From Nitrospinota bacterium (GTDB lineage Bacteria; UBA8248), in the NCBI GenBank assembly GCA_030754595.1, contig JASLZZ010000021.1, positions 1-27,630 of the forward strand: a stretch of 27,630 nucleotides of DNA, given 5' to 3'. Below are positions 1 to 6,838 of the stretch, piece by piece (position 1 is the first letter of the stretch; each line of letters begins with the position of its first letter). A program made the position numbers and the translations under genes. A model generated the notes under the pieces. It ran no database searches and had not been told where the DNA came from. It worked only from the letters and a program-made list of their open reading frames with translations.

Positions 1-2
1 GG

Positions 3-284
3 CTTCGGAGGCTGAAGCGTGAATCCCTCCAACTTGCGGACTGGCGAAAAGAAGTGGCCCCGAGCGATGACCTTCGGCGGTGGTTCGGGCACAAACCGGA
101 GCGATGGAACGGATTCCTTGAGCGCTATTTCACCAAGCTGGATGCCGATCCCGAAGTGTGGCGGCCCCTTCTGGATGCCGCCCGGCCAGCGGGCAGTGCG
201 CTGCGAACCCGGAGGCGTCGCCACCTCCTTTTCCTTCCGCCTCCCTATGACGAAAATAAAACGAAACATATGTGTATGAAATAG
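3..284 (+). CDS. DUF488/YeaO-family protein; 5' end outside the window, C-terminus appears degenerate
   Basis: Frame is open from base 3: LRRLKRESLQLADWRKEVAPSDDLRRWFGHKPERW...RY matches the YeaO-type W.K.VAPS..LR.WF.H motif. After PLLDAAR the expected C-terminal TLLY...HN.A segment is not recognisable. Confidence 0.7.
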   Translation, partial: LRRLKRESLQLADWRKEVAPSDDLRRWFGHKPERWNGFLERYFTKLDADPEVWRPLLDAARPAGSALRTRRRRHLLFLPPPYDENKTKHMCMK

Positions 285-468
285 AACGTTAGGTCAATAT
301 ATATTATTCATATATGGTTATTTTCGCGTGAACTTATAAAAGAACATTGAAAAAGAGACGTTTACACGTGAGAATTAAGGAAAGGGTTTCGCGCGGACAG
401 AGGGATATTGGCGCCCAGCCCGAACCGGGCAAAGGAGACCCACGCGCAAACAACCGGAGGCTTTTTTC

Positions 469-978
469 ATGAACCCTCGCAGTTGGAGCCGGGCCGCCGT
501 GGCCGCCCTCGCCCTAACGTGGCTTGCCCTGACGGGATTTGCCACCCCCACCCTTGCGGCTAGCGCGCGCCTTGATCGGACACCCGTCTCGGCGGCGGAG
601 TACGAGGCCTTGGCCCTAAAAAAGGGTGAGCGGCCGGCCAGCCGGCCTCTTACACCCAAAGGCGGGCCCGCGGTCAATATCGACTGGCACCAGGCGTCCG
701 CCTATTGCAAGGCGGGGGGCAAGCGCCTTCCCTCCGCGCAGGAATGGATCGCCGCCTGTGAGGCGAGGGAACTCGATTTTCCGTGGTGGACTTGGGAGTG
801 GACCTCGACGGACGCAAAGGGAGGCGAGGCGGGCTTTAAGCTGTTGTGCGGGCCGGGTGCGGATACCTGCGCCTGTACCCACGCCTACCACCCCACCTGG
901 TCTAACGAGGTGAAGGGCTTCCGGTGCGCCCGGCCCCAACCCAGCGTCATGCTCCGGGACCGGGTGGTGGCGCCTTGA
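469..978 (+). CDS. Secreted miniature formylglycine-generating-enzyme (FGE/SUMF1, C-lectin fold) domain protein
   Basis: N-terminal signal peptide. Motifs P.VNIDW..A.AYC...GKRLPS..EW..A, WEWT and terminal GFRCA. GGAGG upstream of the ATG. Confidence 0.8.
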   Translation: MNPRSWSRAAVAALALTWLALTGFATPTLAASARLDRTPVSAAEYEALALKKGERPASRPLTPKGGPAVNIDWHQASAYCKAGGKRLPSAQEWIAACEARELDFPWWTWEWTSTDAKGGEAGFKLLCGPGADTCACTHAYHPTWSNEVKGFRCARPQPSVMLRDRVVAP

Positions 979-999
979 TCCCCCGGCCTCCGGCTCGGG

Positions 1000-1018
1000 C
1001 GAGATCGAAATTTTCGCC
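1000..1018. repeat. 19-bp intergenic element CGAGATCGAAATTTTCGCC (copy 1)
   Basis: Exact reverse complement at 4422-4440. Contains the palindromic core CGAAA-T-TTTCG. Confidence 0.8.
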
Positions 1019-1042
1019 TACCTGCTCGATGATTCCGAAGAC

Positions 1043-1597
1043 ATGAAGAACGAGCCCACCCGGCGCGCATGGCTCCGCGGCGGGGCGAAAAGCCGCCTCC
1101 GCCTGGCCGCCCTCGCCCTGCTGGCGGCGGCCGCCTCGGGTTTCACCGGGAACCTGACAAGCGGGCTGTTTCATCTGACCGAAGTCACCTCCTACCTTCA
1201 CCTCCCCGCCCGGATCACCAAATTCCGGTCGGTCTCCCCCATCTACGGAAGCGACAGCAATATCGCTGCGGTGATTCTCAACTATCCAGGACAAACCCTG
1301 CGCATCGAAAGCAACAACTTAATCGCCGGCAACACCAAGACCGAAACCCTCTTTAACATCACCGACGGCAATCCCGAGGCGCACGAATTTCTCTTCTACG
1401 AAATCCGGAATATCGACGGAAAAACGGTGGGATATCTTCTGGCCCGGGACGATTGGATCGAGTTCGTGTCGCTCGGGAAGGACGGGAGTTGTTCCTATCG
1501 GCCCAGGACCCGCCGAGCACTAGCCCCTGCGGGATGCATCCTCACCGGGGAGGCCGTGACCGCGCCGGAGCGCCGTGACCACGCCGCTCACGGTTGA
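1043..1597 (+). CDS. Hypothetical exported or membrane-anchored protein
   Basis: 184-aa ORF with a basic N-terminus, a hydrophobic stretch (LAALALLAAAASG) and a beta-rich body. No family recognised. Confidence 0.6.
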   Translation: MKNEPTRRAWLRGGAKSRLRLAALALLAAAASGFTGNLTSGLFHLTEVTSYLHLPARITKFRSVSPIYGSDSNIAAVILNYPGQTLRIESNNLIAGNTKTETLFNITDGNPEAHEFLFYEIRNIDGKTVGYLLARDDWIEFVSLGKDGSCSYRPRTRRALAPAGCILTGEAVTAPERRDHAAHG

Positions 1598-1678
1598 TAC
1601 GCTGTGTTTCATCCGATACATTTTCGCGCCGCTCTCCGGCGCCCTCTGGCGGCGAGCCGCTTTACAGGGAGGACCATC

Positions 1679-2083
1679 ATGCCGTTCTATAAAATCTCAG
1701 AGATGGAGGCGAGGAAATCCAGTTCCGGGCCCGCCATGGCGAAAACTGTTCCGGGCGAGTTGATGAAGGCGGGCGTCGTCACCTATCAGGAAGGAGAAGG
1801 TCCAACCCCCCACTTTCACCCTAACGAGGAGCAGTACATGCTCATGCTCGAGGGGGAGCTGAACATGATCCTCGGCGATGAAGAGCGGATCATCGGAAAG
1901 GGGGACATGGTCCATATCCCGCGCAATACACGCCACGGAGTCGTCGCCGTGGTCGGGCCCGCCGTGTTTTTCGCGGTGAAGAGCCCCTGCGGAGACGGGA
2001 ACTTGGATCAAGACTACAACCGGGCCGAGGACGCGGATGAAGTGATAGGGCGGCTAAAGCGGGGCTGGGCCGAAGGGGCCTAG
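1679..2083 (+). CDS. Cupin domain protein (paralogue of 24856-25263)
   Basis: PHFHPNEEQ...EGE and GD.VHIP.N..HG cupin motifs. Start placed at ATG 1679 because of the AGGGAGG SD and alignment with the paralogue. Confidence 0.9.
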   Translation: MPFYKISEMEARKSSSGPAMAKTVPGELMKAGVVTYQEGEGPTPHFHPNEEQYMLMLEGELNMILGDEERIIGKGDMVHIPRNTRHGVVAVVGPAVFFAVKSPCGDGNLDQDYNRAEDADEVIGRLKRGWAEGA

Positions 2084-2958
2084 CGCCGCCAGCCCAGCCG
2101 GTCGGCGATCCCGAGCACGATGTCGGACTTGTTCAGACTGTAGATATGAAAATGCCGGACGCCCGCTTCGATCAGCCCCGAGATTTGCTCCGCCGACAGG
2201 TCCGCCGATTTCTCCTTGAAACCCTCAGGGTCGCCCCGGTAGGGCTCGAGCGCGGAGAGCACCCGCTCGGGCACGGCGGCTCCGCACATCCCCGCGAAGC
2301 GTACCACCTGGTCGATGTCCCGAACCGGAAGGACTCCCGGCGCCACAGGGATTTGAAGGCCCCGCGCGGCGGCCTCGACCACGAACCTGAAATAGTCAGA
2401 GTTCTCGAAGAAAAACTGAGTCGCCGCGTAGTCAGCCCCGGCTCCGGCCTTGGCGACAAAATGGTCAAGATCTTTCGCCCGGTCCGGGGTCTCGGGATGT
2501 CCCTCCGGATACCCGGCCACCCCGATGGAGGAAACTCCACCGGCCTCCCGGAGCCATCGGACCAGATCGGCGGCGTAGCGGAACCCCCCGGACACAGCCT
2601 CCTCCCGCGTCATCCCCTCTGGGATATCTCCGCGAAGGGCCATGATGTCGGTCATGCCGCTCTCGTGATAGGCCGAAAGGAGCCTGGAGAGCGCCTCCTC
2701 GTTCGAGCCCACGCAGGTCAGGTGGGCCACCACCCGGCCCGGGTTGCGCTTCGCCAGCTCGATAACAAGGTTCAGCGTCCCGTCCCGTGTGGAGCCGCCG
2801 GCGCCGTAGGTTACAGAGGTAAACGCCACCCGGACGCCTTCCTGGATCCGGGCGGTCTCCTCCAGCAAGCGCGCCGCCCCGTTTTCGGATTTAGGGGGGA
2901 ACACCTCGATGGAAACGGTGACTTCCGGCGAGCGAATTTCTTCAATGATCGCGGACAT
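2080..2958 (-). CDS. metF: Methylenetetrahydrofolate reductase
   Basis: SIEVFPPK, SVTYGAGGSTR, AHLTCVG, ALRGD, AGYPEGHPE, TQFFF and HIYSLN motifs. Start placed at MSAII. Confidence 0.95.
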   Translation of the reverse strand: MSAIIEEIRSPEVTVSIEVFPPKSENGAARLLEETARIQEGVRVAFTSVTYGAGGSTRDGTLNLVIELAKRNPGRVVAHLTCVGSNEEALSRLLSAYHESGMTDIMALRGDIPEGMTREEAVSGGFRYAADLVRWLREAGGVSSIGVAGYPEGHPETPDRAKDLDHFVAKAGAGADYAATQFFFENSDYFRFVVEAAARGLQIPVAPGVLPVRDIDQVVRFAGMCGAAVPERVLSALEPYRGDPEGFKEKSADLSAEQISGLIEAGVRHFHIYSLNKSDIVLGIADRLGWRR

Positions 2959-3089
2959 AAAAACGACCCTGCCTTTTTCATATCGTTCGTGCGCCCGGAA
3001 AATCAAAACAAGACTTTATACCGGACTCGCCTCCGGTGCGGTAGCCCTCCCGTTTGGGATATGGGGCGCGGCATCCCATGTCCCCGCCC

Positions 3090-3128
3090 AAAAAAATCCG
3101 GCGCTGGGGGGCTCTCCCCGCGCCGGAT
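3090..3128 (-). terminator. Intrinsic terminator downstream of sod-peroxiredoxin
   Basis: ATCCGGCGC/GCGCCGGAT stem followed by a U7 tract on the minus strand, just after the peroxiredoxin stop. Confidence 0.75.
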
Positions 3129-3145
3129 AATTTTCAGCGTCTGCT

Positions 3146-3610
3146 TCAGCTCAGCGCATCGATCGCGGCGAATAGTTTTTCATCGTCGGGCAGGTCCGGC
3201 GGGGTGACCGTCACCTCGGCGTGGGCAACTCTCCCTTCTTTGTCGATGAGGATCACCGCCCGGTTGCTGAAGCCTTTCTCGTGCGCGAGCCCGTAGGACT
3301 CGACAGTTTCTTTTCCGAAGAAATAGCTCAGCAGCGGGAAGGAGATTCCGGCCGATTCGGCCCAAGCGGCATGGGCGAAGGGGCTGTCCACGCTGATTCC
3401 GAGCACGGCGCAGTCTGCCTTCTCGAACTGATCGGTCTGGGCCGAGTAGGCGGGGAGCTGCTCGCTGCAAACCGGCGAGAAATCGTACGGATAGAAGCAC
3501 AGAAGGACATTTTTTTTGCCCTTGTAGCCGCTCAGTTTGATGTTGTCTCTCGCTCCCTGGACCTGGGGCAGGTCGAAATCGGGCACCATATCGCCCACGC
3601 TCAACGCCAT
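3146..3610 (-). CDS. Peroxiredoxin (AhpC/TSA family, AhpE-like)
   Basis: VGD.VPDFDL, FYPYDFSPVC (PxxxSxxC peroxidatic motif), LGISVDS and RAVILIDKEG. Confidence 0.9.
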   Translation of the reverse strand: MALSVGDMVPDFDLPQVQGARDNIKLSGYKGKKNVLLCFYPYDFSPVCSEQLPAYSAQTDQFEKADCAVLGISVDSPFAHAAWAESAGISFPLLSYFFGKETVESYGLAHEKGFSNRAVILIDKEGRVAHAEVTVTPPDLPDDEKLFAAIDALS

Positions 3611-3682
3611 CGCGCAACCCTCCATTCACCGAAGCCCGCGGGCCTCGGGTTGAGTTTAATCGAAAGAATCCCGGGAAACGGT

Positions 3683-4282
3683 TTACTTCGCCGCGTCGAA
3701 GCGGGCCGCCACCTCAGCCCAGTTCACCACGTTCCACCAGGCGGCGACGTAGTCGGGGCGCCGGTTCTGATAGTTGAGATAGTAGGCGTGCTCCCAGACA
3801 TCGATGCCGAGCAGCGGGACATAGCCCTCGGTGCGGACGCTGGTCTGGTTCGGCATGGCCTTAATCTCGACCGCGCCCGAGCCAGCTTTCGTGCACAGCC
3901 AGCACCATCCGCTCCCCTGAAGCGGCACCGCCGTCCCTGTGAATTTTTCTTTGAAGCCGGCGAAATCGCCGATGGCGCCGGCCAGCGCTCCACCCGGCTC
4001 GCCCCCGCCGTTCGGGCTCATGGTCGCCCAGAAGATGCAGTGGTTGTCGTAGCCGCCGCCGTGGAAATTCAGCGCTCCCTGCTTATCGGCTGGCGCGCCC
4101 GAGAGATTCGAGAGAATGTCCTCGATGCTTTTTCCTTCGAGGGCGGTTCCCGCAACCGTGTTGTTCAGGTTCGTAAGGTAGGCGTTGTGGTGCTTGGAGT
4201 GGTGTATCTCCATCGTACGAGAGTCGATATGAGGCTCAAGAGCGTCGTAGGCATAATTAAGATCCGGAAGTTCAAAGGCCAT
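3683..4282 (-). CDS. sodA: Fe/Mn superoxide dismutase, probably Mn-type
   Basis: LPDLNYAYDALEPHI, HHSKHH, NH.IFW, GSGW and DVWEHAYY. The GGG before NH and the PNQ motif favour the Mn type. Confidence 0.92.
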   Translation of the reverse strand: MAFELPDLNYAYDALEPHIDSRTMEIHHSKHHNAYLTNLNNTVAGTALEGKSIEDILSNLSGAPADKQGALNFHGGGYDNHCIFWATMSPNGGGEPGGALAGAIGDFAGFKEKFTGTAVPLQGSGWCWLCTKAGSGAVEIKAMPNQTSVRTEGYVPLLGIDVWEHAYYLNYQNRRPDYVAAWWNVVNWAEVAARFDAAK

Positions 4283-4421
4283 CGGTATGTTCTCCTTGTC
4301 TAAAAAAAGGCCGCGTTCCCGTAATGAACGGCCATGGGGACATATTAAATTGGGGATTGCCGCCCAAACCTGGGCGGCTCATCACTCGGACACAAAAACG
4401 ATGGGCGCCGCGCCTAAGCAG

Positions 4422-4440
4422 GGCGAAAATTTCGATCTCG
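4422..4440. repeat. 19-bp intergenic element (copy 2, inverted relative to copy 1)
   Basis: GGCGAAAATTTCGATCTCG is the exact reverse complement of 1000-1018. Confidence 0.8.
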
Positions 4441-5030
4441 GTATTAGTGATATCCCGGTAGAGAAAGTAGTGAACGCCCGCTCCAGGAGGGGCGTATACT
4501 ATTTAAGACCAATGCCCCCGTCAATTCCGTAATTCAAGATAATTCAATGTATTTCGCATCTTTTTATCGAAAATAAATCGCCTCGCCCGCCCCGCGCCGC
4601 CTTGCGTTTCGAAACCGGAACGCCGCTTTTCCGGGCCCGGATAAATATCACAGCCCCCTTGGCGATTGCCCCACTCCTGTAGGACTCCCCCCAGCCTCCC
4701 CACCTCACTAATTGGCGGCCCAACCCAAGACAATCCATCCCGCCCGCGGAATTAATGGACCGGGATAGCGTAAATATTACGAACACCAAGCCGCCATTTT
4801 CCGGCTATTTCGGGAAAATCCATCTTTTTTTTGCCTCCATGGAATAACCTGCCCGCGCCGAGCGTTACCTGAATGGACAGTGAATTTTTGTTTCCAGCAT
4901 TGCCGTTCGGTGCGGGGGGGAGATCATACGAGGACTCTCCTCTTCTCCCTCCCGATCGAACGGTGATTTTTCCACCCTCCCTCCACAATTCTCACTCCAA
5001 TATCCCGCCAATTTATTAATTACGCGGAAA

Positions 5031-5059
5031 ATGATAAATTTGTCCCAACGACTTATAAT
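5031..5059 (+). promoter_or_regulatory. Candidate sigma70 promoter for the cNMP-PilZ gene
   Basis: ATGATA (5031-5036), a 17-bp spacer, then a perfect TATAAT (5054-5059), about 80 bp upstream of the ATG. Confidence 0.45.
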
Positions 5060-5136
5060 CGGAGGCTCTGCAGGGCGAAGCTCGCCGCCCGGTTAACTGC
5101 CGGGCTTCGGGCCGGATTTCACCGAGGTTCGATCAA

Positions 5137-5979
5137 ATGCTGTCCACGATTGAGAAAGCGCTGTTTCTCAAAACCGTCAAGCTTTTCGAGTCCATGACTC
5201 CCGAGCAACTCAAAATTCTCACCAACATCTCCGAGGAGATGACCTTCAAGGCCGGGGAGGAGTTGTTCCAAGAAGGCGACCCGGCGGATTTTCTATATGT
5301 CATCGTCGATGGCGAAATCGACATCGTAAAAAACCACGGAGACCCCGATCAGGTCCGGCTCGCCGTTCTGGGCGAGAAAAAATCGTTCGGCGAAATGGCG
5401 CTCTTCGGCTCCGAAGGCCGCTCCGCCAGCGCGGTCGCCAGCGCGGACTCGACTTTCCTCGCCATGAGGAAAGAGCACCTCCTCCTCCTCATCCGGGAAA
5501 ACCCCGCAATCTCGACCACCATCGTGTTTCAGCTAGCCAACATCATCCGGGACAACAACCGCCAGCAATCGATGCTCGAGGGTCTCGCCGACGAGGAGCC
5601 GAGCAAGGGAGCCGATCTGCGCCAGCACTTCCGCTACACTGTACCGGGTGTGGTGGATATCCCGGCGCTATCCGACGATCCGGGAATTTTACAAAACATA
5701 TCGGCGGGCGGGCTTCTCTTGTCGCTGTCGAAAAAACCCGAAGCCGAGGACAAGTACGAAATCTCCGTCAAAATCAACGATAGCGTGTTCTTCTGGGATA
5801 ATGTCGAAGTCGCCTGGGTCGTAGAAAACGAAGGTCACGTCCCTCTGTGGGAGGTCGGGCTCAGCATTGCTCTGCCGGACAACGAGCGAAAGAAGCTCGC
5901 CAGCTCGCTCGAGGACCTGAGCCCCGATCAGCCCTCCTCTCCAGAAGATCTTCCCGAAGCGCCCCAGAATACGGATTAA
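5137..5979 (+). CDS. Cyclic-nucleotide-binding (cNMP) domain fused to a C-terminal PilZ domain
   Basis: LFQEGD...LYVIVDGE and FGEMALF....RSASAVA (phosphate-binding cassette), then RQHFR (RxxxR) and NISAGG ([D/N]xSxxG). Confidence 0.85.
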   Translation: MLSTIEKALFLKTVKLFESMTPEQLKILTNISEEMTFKAGEELFQEGDPADFLYVIVDGEIDIVKNHGDPDQVRLAVLGEKKSFGEMALFGSEGRSASAVASADSTFLAMRKEHLLLLIRENPAISTTIVFQLANIIRDNNRQQSMLEGLADEEPSKGADLRQHFRYTVPGVVDIPALSDDPGILQNISAGGLLLSLSKKPEAEDKYEISVKINDSVFFWDNVEVAWVVENEGHVPLWEVGLSIALPDNERKKLASSLEDLSPDQPSSPEDLPEAPQNTD

Positions 5980-6223
5980 CAGGCAGAAACCGCTTGGAAC
6001 ACCCCTATGATCCCCCCCTTGAGCAGGCGTCCAAACCGCCAAAATAATACAAATTCTTGATACTCTTTAATTTCTATCATCCCCCTAACCCCCGCCTAAC
6101 AATTTTTCTCCCAAATTCAACACAATAAATCCTGTATTTCAACCAAGTTATAAATGGCCTTTTTTTTGAAATGATGAATATTCCTCCGAAATGGGATGTT
6201 GAGAATAATCAGGGAGAGGCTTG

Positions 6224-6810
6224 ATGTTTCGAAGATGGATCGGAGCCGGAGCCCTGGCGGCGGCGATTGCGGCGGCTCCCGCCCCCGCCGCAGCCGTGGA
6301 TATGGGCCTCACTCCGAACGAGGCGTACGGCCTGTGGTCGAACATCAACATGGCCCTCATCGCCGCCCCCCGCTACGCCCCCGGCGGGAAGGCGCTCTCC
6401 TCACGGGTGGCCGAAGCCAAGGCGCGCGAATCCGGCAAAAAAAACCGGCGGACGTGCTCGGCAGCATCGAAAACTTCACGCGGAAACTCCGCCGCCTGAG
6501 GCGGGCGGGTCACTTCGAGGATCGGAAGGATGCGGAGCGGATGACTACATGGGGTTCTGCGGGCCACTTCCATAAAATTATCTTTTTCGAGGAACGAGGC
6601 AAAAAAATCACCTCGACCGATGTCTTTCTGAACTCCGGCCTCCTACTCGACGGGCTTGTCGAGTGGATCGTGAAGAACAGCCCGCCCGAGCATCTGTTCA
6701 CCCCCTATTACGGATACGAAACCTACAAGGACAAAAAGCCCGGCGACGTATACTCGCTCGTCGATCTGGCCCACCGGCGAATCGTTCTGATCCTCGCGGA
6801 AGTGGAGTGA
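6224..6810 (+). pseudogene. Secreted protein with internal T/K-P-x-D-V-like repeats, split by a frameshift at an A8 run (6437-6444)
   Basis: The signal-peptide ORF (6224-6499) reads as protein up to ...ESGKK. The -1 frame continues KPADVLG...AEVE to the stop at 6810. Related motifs LTPNEAY, KKPADVL, KITSTDVF and KKPGDVY span both halves. Confidence 0.75.
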
Positions 6811-6838
6811 CCCGGGTTTCATCCCCGGGACAAACGAA

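Noticed and set aside
469..978. Diversity-generating retroelement target, since the C-lectin/FGE fold is typical of these
   Set aside because: No template repeat of the 3' end and no reverse transcriptase are seen in the window.
2959..3089. SAM/SAH riboswitch upstream of metF
   Set aside because: Hairpins are present, but I could not recognise any SAM-I, SAM-II or SAH consensus elements.
3460..3480. Selenocysteine in the peroxiredoxin active site
   Set aside because: The peroxidatic codon is TGC (Cys), not TGA.
4514..4528. GCCCCCGTCAATTCC resembles a conserved 16S rRNA primer site
   Set aside because: The match is about 15 nt and the flanks are not rRNA-like, so it is treated as chance.
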